DNA from: a virus | Virus record (IMG/VR): IMGVR_UViG_3300042691_032761 | DNA: 64,000 nt | Strand: one strand, 5' to 3' | Shown here: piece after piece, positions 8,405 to 16,876 of the stretch | Layout of the letters: each line of letters begins with the position of its first letter | How positions within the stretch are numbered: the first letter of the stretch is position 1 | Made by a program: the position numbers and the translations under genes | The notes under the pieces: model-generated | The model's database searches: none | Told to the model about the DNA's origin: nothing | What the model saw: the letters and a program-made list of their open reading frames with translations, nothing else

Positions 8405-8832
8405 TCTCTTTCCTCTAAAATGTAGACTTGTTTACCGTTAGTAATCAGTGTTGCGTATTCAGTCTCATCCCACACAAACTCATTACTATCACTCTCACGA
8501 CGCCAGTATGGATCACGAATGGGATTATAGTATAACTTCTCAAGGTTGTCAACAGGCAAAATCGGATAAAAATCCTTGCGAAGCATAACCTCTTGGCACT
8601 TTACCCACCCACTCACATCATGCACACCACTCTCAAATACTTGCTTGGCTTTATTGGGCCGATTGCGAAGTCTACAACCCCTCATTTCCAACTGATATTC
8701 ATTAGGGTCATAATAATACTCATCGACCTTCTTACTACCCTGCATAACCTTGATTTGCCAGTGCATAAAATGCTTTCCACCACCAAGATGGAATCGCACC
8801 TCACCGTACATTGGTTTCTGTTTCATGCTCAT
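8401..8832 (-). CDS. hypothetical protein
   Basis: 143 aa; VRFHLGGGKHFMHWQIK; start sits directly after the promoter (near-leaderless). Confidence 0.7.
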   Translation of the reverse strand: MSMKQKPMYGEVRFHLGGGKHFMHWQIKVMQGSKKVDEYYYDPNEYQLEMRGCRLRNRPNKAKQVFESGVHDVSGWVKCQEVMLRKDFYPILPVDNLEKLYYNPIRDPYWRRESDSNEFVWDETEYATLITNGKQVYILEERE

Positions 8833-8915
8833 AGTATACCTTATCGACCAATGGTTGTCAAGACCTTTAATCTTTCGCTGACTACAGCCACCCCAGCCAA
8901 ATCCGAAGGATTAGG

Positions 8916-9003
8916 AAAAACAAGCGTTGGGTTGAGCCATACTCGACCGCCATTTAACCGTGGCTTCTTTGATATCATTCTGCCAACGGCCCACCCACTT
9001 GTC
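8916..9003 (-). ncRNA. candidate 88-nt sRNA (three-way junction followed by U-tract)
   Basis: Own promoter at 9010-9049; closing stem ACAAGUG/CGCUUGU, inner hairpins, UUUUU end; no ORF. Confidence 0.55.
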
Positions 9004-9114
9004 TCTCTAAGTATACTCTATTATCGGGCATTCGTCAAGCATCTCTTTAAAAAATCTTTGGCACAAAACGTGCCCGCGGCCTCGCCCTAAGTGCTTTAGG
9101 AGCAAGGCTTTGCG

Positions 9115-9330
9115 TCAGATCACTAGATCGGCAGAGTTCTGTATGGATACTCTCTCTCTGGCCGCTCCGACTTTCTGGATCACCACCCTGTGGTCACCGA
9201 GAAACTCCACCGTACCATCCTCGCCCAGTGCGATCCACGCCTGACCACCGCCGCCATCGGCCGGATGGAAGAAAAACAGCGTCTCGCCCTCCTCCTCAAA
9301 ATCGCTCCGAACCCACTTGCCATTGCTCAT
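9115..9330 (-). CDS. hypothetical protein
   Basis: Last gene of a 4-gene GC-rich cassette; stop abuts the dyad at 9086-9114. Confidence 0.65.
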   Translation of the reverse strand: MSNGKWVRSDFEEEGETLFFFHPADGGGGQAWIALGEDGTVEFLGDHRVVIQKVGAARERVSIQNSADLVI

Positions 9331-9497
9331 CGCTTCTCCTCCACTACTTGATACCGATGCTCATTGATGGTAATCGTACCACCAAACATACTCCAAGTCA
9401 ACTCCTCTTTCATCGCTCGCTTGTGGGCCTTGAGCAGAGCAGGGTAGTCCTGCTGAAACTGCTCGTCGGTCGCATCAGTCCAGATTATTTGCATCAT
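9327..9497 (-). CDS. hypothetical protein
   Basis: Start MMQIIW with AGGAG RBS. Confidence 0.6.
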   Translation of the reverse strand: MMQIIWTDATDEQFQQDYPALLKAHKRAMKEELTWSMFGGTITINEHRYQVVEEKR

Positions 9498-9648
9498 TTG
9501 TGATCTCCTTGAGTTCTGCCAGACGAGCATCCTTCTCGGTCCCGTCATCGTATTCGACCCACGCGGCCCAACGCCCGATCAGTTGCACTACGGTTCCCTC
9601 ATGGCCGATAATGCCGTTCCAACGAATCCGACTTCCAACGGTAATCAT
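9475..9648 (-). CDS. SH3/KOW-like mini-protein
   Basis: MITVGSRIRW...EGTVVQL...WVEYDDG beta-barrel pattern. Confidence 0.55.
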   Translation of the reverse strand: MITVGSRIRWNGIIGHEGTVVQLIGRWAAWVEYDDGTEKDARLAELKEITNDANNLD

Positions 9649-9908
9649 TCGACGTTCACTCCGTATTTGTGACACTGAAACCTTTCGTCCACCTGTTCCG
9701 GCTCGTCGCACGGCTCGATCATTATCGAAATGCCGTTTGGTGCGGTGAACACGGTGCGATAGGGACCATCTTCCCAATCCGGCATATCGTTGTTCACGCC
9801 GATCTGATCCATTACCAGTGCGTCGGCATGGAACGTGGCTAGATCGAAGTTGCGGAACGCCTTGACATGGATCACCCTGTCTCCCGTCACCATCAACACC
9901 AGATGCAT
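9645..9908 (-). CDS. hypothetical protein
   Basis: AGGAG RBS; promoter at 9931-9971. Confidence 0.65.
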   Translation of the reverse strand: MHLVLMVTGDRVIHVKAFRNFDLATFHADALVMDQIGVNNDMPDWEDGPYRTVFTAPNGISIMIEPCDEPEQVDERFQCHKYGVNVE

Positions 9909-10033
9909 AACCCTTCTCCTTGTGATGCTAAGTCTACCATCTATTATCGGCCTGTCAAGAGGCTTTCTTTAAAAAAGTTTTGGCACGGCATTCGCGCCCG
10001 CGGCCTCGCTGTAAGTTATTTACTAGCAAGGCT

Positions 10034-10294
10034 TTATGGCGACCACGGATAATCCTTTGGATATGGTTCGCTAGGCGGTTGCGGCTTGTCCTGTCCCTCG
10101 TCGGGCATCCACCACGGAGCATCCATATAATCTACATTTCCCCAAGATTCCCCACAATAGATATTATGAATACAAAACTTATCCTCATAGTTTATCTTAT
10201 AAACCCCACGCCACACACCAATAGCCTCACCATAATAGATGATCTTTTGGCCGTTGATTGGGCGACGAGGCCCGTGAAAACTAATCCACTCCAT
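10034..10294 (-). CDS. hypothetical protein (DUF551-like)
   Basis: MEWIS...PxxGQ N-terminus and WMP C-terminal pattern. Confidence 0.55.
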   Translation of the reverse strand: MEWISFHGPRRPINGQKIIYYGEAIGVWRGVYKINYEDKFCIHNIYCGESWGNVDYMDAPWWMPDEGQDKPQPPSEPYPKDYPWSP

Positions 10295-10455
10295 TATACC
10301 CTCATTGCTATCTTTTCGTATTCACTAATCAAATCTGCTACCGTTATACCATGCTCTTCTGCTAAAGTCAATGCCTCTTTCTTAGCAGGACTCATAATCA
10401 ACATGGCATTCTTTAGAACCCTGAGAATCTTAAATATTGCTTCTTCTTTAGTCAT
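10294..10455 (-). CDS. hypothetical protein
   Basis: Start MTKEEA with GGAGG RBS. Confidence 0.6.
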   Translation of the reverse strand: MTKEEAIFKILRVLKNAMLIMSPAKKEALTLAEEHGITVADLISEYEKIAMRV

Positions 10456-10715
10456 TCTTCCTCCGGTGGAAACAACCTGTTCCAAGCCTCATCATCGTTA
10501 CCCGTCATCAGAATCTCACGCTGCTCCGCAGTCAGATGCGGAAAGCATTCTTGAATCAAACCACCATTAGCCCAACGATTAGCCTCGTCAAGATACGTCA
10601 CAATAGAAAAACTATTACCGCTATTTGTAGTGCCACTAAAAGTCACGGTGCCACCATCATGGCTAACCCAACGCTCAACACGATCACTCAAACCAAATCT
10701 CTGAAAGCCAAGCAT
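10452..10715 (-). CDS. hypothetical phage protein
   Basis: LIQECFPHLTAEQREILMTG motif; AGGAG RBS. Confidence 0.7.
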   Translation of the reverse strand: MLGFQRFGLSDRVERWVSHDGGTVTFSGTTNSGNSFSIVTYLDEANRWANGGLIQECFPHLTAEQREILMTGNDDEAWNRLFPPEEE

Positions 10716-10774
10716 AACTTTTCTCCTTGTGCTACCATTCTACTCTAGTATTATCGTCAAGTCAATAGGAAAAA

Positions 10775-11168
10775 ACCAGCGAATCTTTTACGCCCCGATT
10801 CTATTGTCCTGGTGGCTACCCTGTTACGGACCATAGGAAACCGCCCACGGAAATCCTTCCTAGGCATAGTTCATGACTCATGCTGTCTGGCTCTTGGGAA
10901 CGGTTACTGGTTGTATTGTAATGAGTTTAGGCTGCTCTCGCCGTTTCCGTGCTGCGCTTTCCTAGTTGGCTCTTTTATACGTTATTTATCCAACTAGCCT
11001 ACTCATTGTATTACTCGTGGTCTGGATGCAATCCCACATAGATTAGCACTACTATACAGCGTATAAGCCCGCTGTCAACCCACAGCCCGATGTGACGGTA
11101 GGTTTATCGTAATGGCTTATCCTAATCTAGTCCCTCAGCATGGACCCACGGATGTTTGTTTTGTCTTA
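10775..11168 (-). ncRNA. candidate large (about 390 nt) structured ncRNA
   Basis: Own promoter at 11176-11203, no credible ORF, many nested complementary stems, hairpin plus U-tract at the end. Confidence 0.6.
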
Positions 11169-11306
11169 CTCTTTCATTCTACACTCTATTATCGGCCTGT
11201 CAAGAGCATGATCGTGAGAAAATAAAAGATTCCGCCCGCCCGCGGCCTCGCCCTAAGTCCTTTGTTTCCAAAGGGTTAGGGTTAGAGGCTTTAGCGAGAA
11301 GACGGC

Positions 11307-11714
11307 TTAGAACATCATTGCCGCAACACCGCTCTTGAACAGAGCCCCACCCAAGAGGGGGCGACGGCAGTTCACAACGCGCTCTGCGTAGAAGTTGCGA
11401 ACAGTACCATCGGGACTCTCACCAGTAATAAGGTGATGAGTACGCTTGAACTTACTATCATTTCGTCGGTAGTTGCTAGTAGCATTCAGCCGACTAATCT
11501 GATTATCATTCAGCGTACAAACATCACGCACCTTGACCATATAACGCTCAGGATCACCCTTGTGAGGCTGGAGATACTCAAAGTTATACACTTCTCCAAC
11601 CCTAGCCGAACTCAGACTAGCGTTCACGCCAGAGTAAACATGAAACAACACAAAAGCAACAACAACACCAACCACACCAACGGCAAACAGACCATAAGAA
11701 AAAACATCAGTCAT
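11307..11714 (-). CDS. membrane-anchored WYL-like protein
   Basis: N-terminal TM helix; VYNFEY...ERY...GTVRNFYAERV resembles the WYL RxF...RI pattern. Confidence 0.55.
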   Translation of the reverse strand: MTDVFSYGLFAVGVVGVVVAFVLFHVYSGVNASLSSARVGEVYNFEYLQPHKGDPERYMVKVRDVCTLNDNQISRLNATSNYRRNDSKFKRTHHLITGESPDGTVRNFYAERVVNCRRPLLGGALFKSGVAAMMF

Positions 11715-11774
11715 TTAGAACCCTTTCGTTGAAATGAAACCTTTTCTAGAGTATACCACACCAAACCACGCTTG

Positions 11775-12062
11775 TCAATCTTCTTTCCACTGAATCGTGG
11801 GAGTTGACGGACCATAATATCGATACAGATATTCAAAGTCCATATTTCCATACCGCTCATAGTTCAGGATCAAATCACTCACCCTGCACTGGTACAGCGT
11901 AGGAGGAGTCATCTTGCTCCACTTGTAGGTACGATAACCATCCTTTGTGATGCAAGTAATCCAATCCTTACCAAACTTCAAAATAGTACCCCAAACATTC
12001 TTACCATTATAGGTAAAGTTTAGGGTGTTGCTAACCCAGTAGGGCCAATAGGGATTGCTCAT
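11775..12062 (-). CDS. WYL/Sm-like small protein
   Basis: LNFTYNGK...G...TKDGYRTYKWSKM; similar to 18214-18480. Confidence 0.5.
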   Translation of the reverse strand: MSNPYWPYWVSNTLNFTYNGKNVWGTILKFGKDWITCITKDGYRTYKWSKMTPPTLYQCRVSDLILNYERYGNMDFEYLYRYYGPSTPTIQWKED

Positions 12063-12202
12063 CTTTTCACTCTCTTTCTTCTACTTCTATTATCGACATT
12101 CTACCACGGGAACTTTAGCCCGTCAAGCAGAAAATAAAAAATTTTGGCGGCCGGCCAGCTTGCCCTAAGTCATTGTGTTTAAACAACTTAGAGCGAGCCG
12201 TT

Positions 12203-12409
12203 TTAGTTTGTGGACGGAGTTGACTTTTCCACACACTTCTCCACAATCTTTCCCATAACCATCTTATGAAAAAGTTGTTCTGCAATCATAATAGCATCTG
12301 CCCTCATTTCGGCAGGATACTCCCTCATTTCGGTCAAACGCACCACGGTGGCCGTAAAGTTCATAATGTCAATCATCATCTGCTCATGCTCGGTCACAAC
12401 GGCTTTCAT
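12203..12409 (-). CDS. hypothetical protein
   Basis: Start MKAVVT with AGGAG RBS; own promoter. Confidence 0.65.
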   Translation of the reverse strand: MKAVVTEHEQMMIDIMNFTATVVRLTEMREYPAEMRADAIMIAEQLFHKMVMGKIVEKCVEKSTPSTN

Positions 12410-12523
12410 CTCTTTTTCTCCTAGTAAGACCATTCTACTCTGCTAAAGACCGCTTGTCAACACCAAAAACTTTCGCTGACTACGCCCACGCCGCCCAAAT
12501 CCGTAGGATTAGGCAGGACAAAA

Positions 12524-12596
12524 TGACCCCACGGGGATTCGAACCCCGGTAAACGGAACGAAAATCCGTTGTCCTAGGCCACTAGACGATGGGGCC
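12524..12596 (-). tRNA. tRNA-Glu(TTC)
   Basis: Cloverleaf; D-arm GTC-TAGTGGCCTAG-GAC; ACGGA-TTTTCGT-TCCGT. Confidence 0.92.
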
Positions 12597-12598
12597 AA

Positions 12599-12757
12599 TC
12601 AACCAAAAATCGTTTCTTCAATCCTTAGATCGCTACCATACTTGTCCTTTGCTTTTTGCCAAGCATCATAGCGACTAAAAGCCACCACATAACCAACGAA
12701 TCGGCCATGCTTGAATACTCTCCACGACGTTCCGGCAAGGCATTGAGCAGTGGTCAT
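12599..12757 (-). CDS. hypothetical protein
   Basis: Start MTTAQC with AGGAG RBS. Confidence 0.6.
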   Translation of the reverse strand: MTTAQCLAGTSWRVFKHGRFVGYVVAFSRYDAWQKAKDKYGSDLRIEETIFG

Positions 12758-13060
12758 GAGCAATCTCCTTTGCCGGATTATACACATTATCGACGCATTG
12801 TCAACACTAACTTTAGAAAAAATTTGGCACAGATTTCGCGGGCGCGCCGCCTTAGCGTAACCCTTTATGTCTCAAGAGTTTACGATCCATGCCGCAACGC
12901 AACCCGCCACGAATGATACAACCAAAACAATCTTATCCATTTACTAATCCTTTTTTATTGGAAAAACAAGATCAGAAACAATGTAACAACCAACAATGCC
13001 AGCAATAAATCCCACACCAATCTGTACCCAGTTTATATCGACCATCCGTGGCCCCTTTCT

Positions 13061-13387
13061 TTAAGGAATAACAAGATATTCATTTGTAACCAGCATATTA
13101 TCTTCAAACTCTGGCTCGTTTCCAGCATTAACATACCATGTATAGTTTTTCTGGTAAACTTTAACAGGGCTATACTGATTAATACGCTTTTTAGTGGTAC
13201 TGGTACGATATCCCCCACTATTCAACTTATAAAGCCCGTTAGGGTAGATCACCACCACCTTAGTACCGTGGAGTTCAATCGCCACACTGCCATCGTGTTC
13301 AATGTAAGCGTAGGTATTATTTCCAACCTTACGCTGGCTGCGATTACGCTTGCCCAAAACCATCTTTGTCGCTTCGGCGTGAGTCAT
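13061..13387 (-). CDS. conserved hypothetical phage early protein
   Basis: LHGTKVV...LNSGGYRTSTTKKRINQ motif; own promoter. Confidence 0.7.
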   Translation of the reverse strand: MTHAEATKMVLGKRNRSQRKVGNNTYAYIEHDGSVAIELHGTKVVVIYPNGLYKLNSGGYRTSTTKKRINQYSPVKVYQKNYTWYVNAGNEPEFEDNMLVTNEYLVIP

Positions 13388-13438
13388 TTTCTTTTCCTTT
13401 GGGATGATGCTCTAAGTCTACAGGATATCATCGGCCTG

Positions 13439-13675
13439 TCAAGCGTTTTTCTTGAAAAAATGTTGGATCATTCCACAGATATCGAAAACGATTCCCCAGA
13501 TCGTGAACGCGATGGTTGAAGTACCTACTAGCATCATCCACCAACCCAGATACGTTTCGCCCTCACCCGTCAACACGTTAGGCTCACCATATCCCAAAGC
13601 CCACATGCACACCACGATCACGCACAGGGCAGCACTATAAACCAAACCAACGCCGGTCATGAACAGAGTATTCAT
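13439..13675 (-). CDS. two-TM membrane protein
   Basis: Two hydrophobic helices. Confidence 0.65.
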   Translation of the reverse strand: MNTLFMTGVGLVYSAALCVIVVCMWALGYGEPNVLTGEGETYLGWWMMLVGTSTIAFTIWGIVFDICGMIQHFFKKNA

Positions 13676-13811
13676 TTCTTTTCCCTTTTGTGTTACTACT
13701 TATATCGGTATTCTACAGGCCAAAACTTTACCTGTCAACAACAAAATAAAAGATTCCGCGGCCCCGCCCGCTCGCCCTAAGTGCTTATGCACAAAGGGTT
13801 TGCGGCAAGCG

Positions 13812-14042
13812 TCACTCAAAATCCACGAAGATTACTTGAGCATATCCTCGTGGCCTGATGGTGATACTATCCCCATAATCATAGGTGTCAGCCCTTACTC
13901 CCGTCATATTGGCGAGAGCCTTAGCCCTCCTCACAATAGTACGCTGAGAAACATCATCAGTCACATTGAACTGGTGAAAGTTAACCCACCCATAGTTAGC
14001 CTCACCACCGAAAGTATCAGTAACTGTAACAGCACATTTCAT
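13812..14042 (-). CDS. hypothetical protein
   Basis: VTDTFGGEANYGWV motif; GGAGG RBS. Confidence 0.7.
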   Translation of the reverse strand: MKCAVTVTDTFGGEANYGWVNFHQFNVTDDVSQRTIVRRAKALANMTGVRADTYDYGDSITIRPRGYAQVIFVDFE

Positions 14043-14284
14043 CAGAAATCCTCCCCGTAGTAACCGTAGTCCTCGTCGGTCCCCCAACCGGCGGATTCCA
14101 TCGCGGAATCGTGGTCGCCGTCCATGCTATCGTCGTAATCGTCGTAAAAATCGTTATCGTCCATTTCCGGCTCGTCGCCGTAGAAATCGTCGCTGTAATC
14201 GTAGTGGTAATCCGTGAAGTTGCTGACCATACCATCCTCCTCGTGAGAGTTATCGGGATCGAAACAGGGATCGGGGTGACTCAT
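14042..14284 (-). CDS. extremely acidic protein
   Basis: Asp/Glu/Tyr-rich; ends SAMESAGWGTDEDYGYY. Confidence 0.7.
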   Translation of the reverse strand: MSHPDPCFDPDNSHEEDGMVSNFTDYHYDYSDDFYGDEPEMDDNDFYDDYDDSMDGDHDSAMESAGWGTDEDYGYYGEDF

Positions 14285-14297
14285 GACTTTCTCCTTT

Positions 14298-14504
14298 TCA
14301 GTAAACATACCACGGAACACCGTTCTCGTCAACCATCATTTCCGGCTCGGGGTACATCTCGTCGGCCAGACCCGTGACTTCGGCCCAATCCATCGGGTCG
14401 CAAGTCGGCTCGTCAATCGGCTCAACCATCGGCTCCAGCGTACCCTGCTCCGCAAGGTCGGCCAGGATCGCATTCACATCGTCGAAGGCATTGAACATGG
14501 TCAT
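14298..14504 (-). CDS. acidic protein
   Basis: No Lys or Arg; many D/E; GGAG RBS. Confidence 0.7.
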   Translation of the reverse strand: MTMFNAFDDVNAILADLAEQGTLEPMVEPIDEPTCDPMDWAEVTGLADEMYPEPEMMVDENGVPWYVY

Positions 14505-14665
14505 TTCTCCGGGGTGATGCTCTGATTCTACAGAGTATTATCGGCGTGTCAACAAACAAAAATCCAGAAAATAAAAGATTTTGTTATTCGCTCTAAGGTG
14601 TTGATACCAAAGGGTTTACGCCGCAGCGGCGGGCGGCTGTCAACCCCCACACAGAGGGGATATTG

Positions 14666-14998
14666 TCAACCCCTCCAGCCGAAGGGGGAGACTTCCTCAC
14701 CAGCGGCCAAAATGGCGGCGTACTGCTCGGCCAGTGCGGCCTTGCGTTCCGGCGAACCCGGCTTGCCCACCTTCACGATCATGGTATCTTCACCCCCCAC
14801 CATGCGGGGATCGGCCTTCTCAACCTTCACACCCCCCTTGCGACGGAGAGCCTTGCGATTGAACTTGAGAACCTTTTCGCTGCGGATCGGACCATACTCG
14901 CCGTTTGCGAGTCGGGGCTGGTGAGGGATTGCGATGCCGAGAAAGCACATACGAGCCTGACGCTTGGCATCTTCGATGATCTTGAACTTGGTAGCCAT
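14666..14998 (-). CDS. basic hypothetical protein
   Basis: Start MATKFK with AGGA RBS. Confidence 0.7.
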   Translation of the reverse strand: MATKFKIIEDAKRQARMCFLGIAIPHQPRLANGEYGPIRSEKVLKFNRKALRRKGGVKVEKADPRMVGGEDTMIVKVGKPGSPERKAALAEQYAAILAAGEEVSPFGWRG

Positions 14999-15446
14999 TT
15001 TCTTTTTCCTTTTGGTGATGATGGTAGTATATGAAACTTTTTCCGCCGCCGCAACCCCCCTTATTCGGGGATCGGCCAGATTTGCACATCGGCCCCACAG
15101 TGTTCGCCACACTGAGGGCAAACGCCGTGTTCGGCGTGAATCGGGGTCATTTCAGCCCCACAGCAATCGGACACAATCAGGATATCATTCATCATCTTTC
15201 ACTCTCACTTATCGACATTATACCCTGCATTCTTTAGATAGCAAGAAAAAAAAATGTATTTTTTGTGGCACACGATTTGCTAATGCAAAAACCGTGCCAA
15301 AAATCGGGCGCGGCGATTAGCCCTAAGTCCTTGCCACATAACGAGTTACGCTGGCTGTCGGTATCGTTATCCGGCTAGAATAGCCGGTACAACCCCCGCA
15401 GATAGGGGGCTACCCCCCTTTCGAGGGATAGCTCCCACACCCCCTT

Positions 15447-15635
15447 TCAGGTGGCATGAATGAACACACGTTCACTTACAGTTTTGTTAGTAACAGTTAC
15501 AATCCAGTTTTTACCGCTACCATCCTCTCGCATGATAGCATTGATGAGTCCAACGTGAGCGTTACCCTTCGGGTCGATCACGCTACCATACTTGCCACTC
15601 CGCATCGCGGCCAGAATCTTATCAAGGCTATTCAT
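15447..15635 (-). CDS. hypothetical protein
   Basis: GLINAIMREDGSGKNWIV; GAGGAG RBS. Confidence 0.65.
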   Translation of the reverse strand: MNSLDKILAAMRSGKYGSVIDPKGNAHVGLINAIMREDGSGKNWIVTVTNKTVSERVFIHAT

Positions 15636-15817
15636 TTCAGAGATTCTCCTCGTAAAAAGAAATACCAGCGTTCACACACTGGCTAAAAGCGTAGGTGATC
15701 CAAGCCGCAACGCTCAGATAGGCCACCAGAGCCATCCAATCATTGAAAGTCAGATACATGATTTCCCTTTCGTGTGAGTGTATTCTACCGAAACTTTTTC
15801 GCGGCGTCAACCCCCTC

Positions 15818-15976
15818 TCAGGCAGGGGTCAGTTCGCTATCGCAGAAAGTCGATATCGTCTGATCCTGCACCCTAACGACCCACACGTTTCCCTCGTCGT
15901 AGTACCACTTCACGATCACCCCCTCTTTCGGAGTGGTGTAACTGTTCACGATAACCTTGTCGCCAACTTCGAACAC
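15818..15976 (-). CDS. SH3/KOW-like mini-protein
   Basis: GTG start; FEVGDKVIV...EGVIVK...VVRV. Confidence 0.6.
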   Translation of the reverse strand: MFEVGDKVIVNSYTTPKEGVIVKWYYDEGNVWVVRVQDQTISTFCDSELTPA

Positions 15977-16112
15977 GCTAGCCTCTCTTTCTCGTGAGTG
16001 TATTCTACAGTATAGTATCGGCTTGTCAACAAAAAAAATCCACAAAAAATAAAATCGTCACAAGTCCTTATGGCACAAGGGTTTACGTCGAGGCGGCGCC
16101 CCGGCCACCCCC

Positions 16113-16358
16113 CTATTCGGGGTACGATTCCCCTCGCTCCACCATAGCACAGTAGTCGTTCAGTTTATCATAGAACGAATCGGCATAGTAAAGCAACACG
16201 CGGTCGGGGTGATTGTTGATGGTAACATAGTAACCACCATTGTAAGGCTGATCCATCTTGGCATGGCCACTATGCGTGATAGAGTATTCGCAATCATCGC
16301 CCATCATTTCGTGGATAGCGTGAACGATTTCGTTGACGGTAACGTGGCGAAGCATCAT
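16113..16358 (-). CDS. hypothetical protein
   Basis: Follows directly after the 16360-16593 gene. Confidence 0.55.
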   Translation of the reverse strand: MMLRHVTVNEIVHAIHEMMGDDCEYSITHSGHAKMDQPYNGGYYVTINNHPDRVLLYYADSFYDKLNDYCAMVERGESYPE

Positions 16359-16359
16359 G

Positions 16360-16593
16360 TTAGTTGTCCCATCCGATATTTTGGTCAATGAAAGGCCCAT
16401 ACACCATACCCTCATCCACCCAACTCTCATTCGGCGTGGGGGTGAGAGTCACGATATCCTTACCCGTACTGTCAAACCGAATCCGATACATAGCCTGTCG
16501 GTAATCGTTGCCGGGGATGATATCCACCACAACTCCCCGTGCGATGGTATCGTTTCGACCACCAGCACACACTCTATCACCAATCTGAATCAT
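16360..16593 (-). CDS. SH3/KOW-like mini-protein
   Basis: IQIGDRV...RGVVVDI...YRIRFD. Confidence 0.6.
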   Translation of the reverse strand: MIQIGDRVCAGGRNDTIARGVVVDIIPGNDYRQAMYRIRFDSTGKDIVTLTPTPNESWVDEGMVYGPFIDQNIGWDN

Positions 16594-16653
16594 GTTTTCC
16601 CTTTCGTGTTGAGTGGATCGTACCAGACTTTTTTCGCCCCGTCAACCCCACTA

Positions 16654-16830
16654 TTAGGTGGGTTCCGAAAGCCATTTGTCCAGAGCATCTACGCTAGTGC
16701 AGTCAGCACGGGGGATTTCGATTTCCTCGTCGCCAACTCTGACTAGATAGGTATCGGTATCCATCTGGACGATCACGCCCGTGGCGTACATATGAGCAAT
16801 CCGCACGAAAACCTTGTCACCGATTCGCAT
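16654..16830 (-). CDS. SH3/KOW-like mini-protein
   Basis: MRIGDKVFV...TGVIVQ...YLVRV. Confidence 0.6.
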   Translation of the reverse strand: MRIGDKVFVRIAHMYATGVIVQMDTDTYLVRVGDEEIEIPRADCTSVDALDKWLSEPT

Positions 16831-16876
16831 GGTCTTTTTCCTCTTGTGACTATTGTACCAGACTTTTTTGGCCCCG

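Larger units (their letters stand above)
1252..12513. repeat. 44-bp dispersed repeat TTTCGCTGACTAC-N12-CAAATCC-GNA-GGATTAGG (4 copies)
   Basis: Copies at 1252-1294 (degenerate), 2324-2367, 8872-8915, 12470-12513. Confidence 0.8.
2440..16087. repeat. 29-bp 11-7-11 imperfect dyad CCTAAGTCCTT-N7-AAGGNYTTAGG (18 copies)
   Basis: Starts at 2440, 2573, 2657, 2709, 3862, 3914, 5626, 6644, 7983, 9086, 10010, 11252, 12164, 12856, 13776, 14592, 15322, 16059; almost all intergenic and next to a GC-rich tract. Confidence 0.9.

Noticed and set aside
8916-9003. Pistol ribozyme (CCACGG-UUAAAU resemblance)
   Set aside because: The loop pseudoknot and conserved catalytic-core segments could not be found.
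10775-11168. tmRNA, RNase P or group I/II intron identity
   Set aside because: No tRNA-like ends with T-loop, no GAGGAAAGUCC, no domain V or P7 signature recognised.
2440-16087. 29-bp dyads as a CRISPR array or integron attC sites
   Set aside because: Copies are degenerate and separated by whole genes rather than constant-length spacers; there are no RYYYAAC/GTTRRRY ends and no cas or intI gene in the window.
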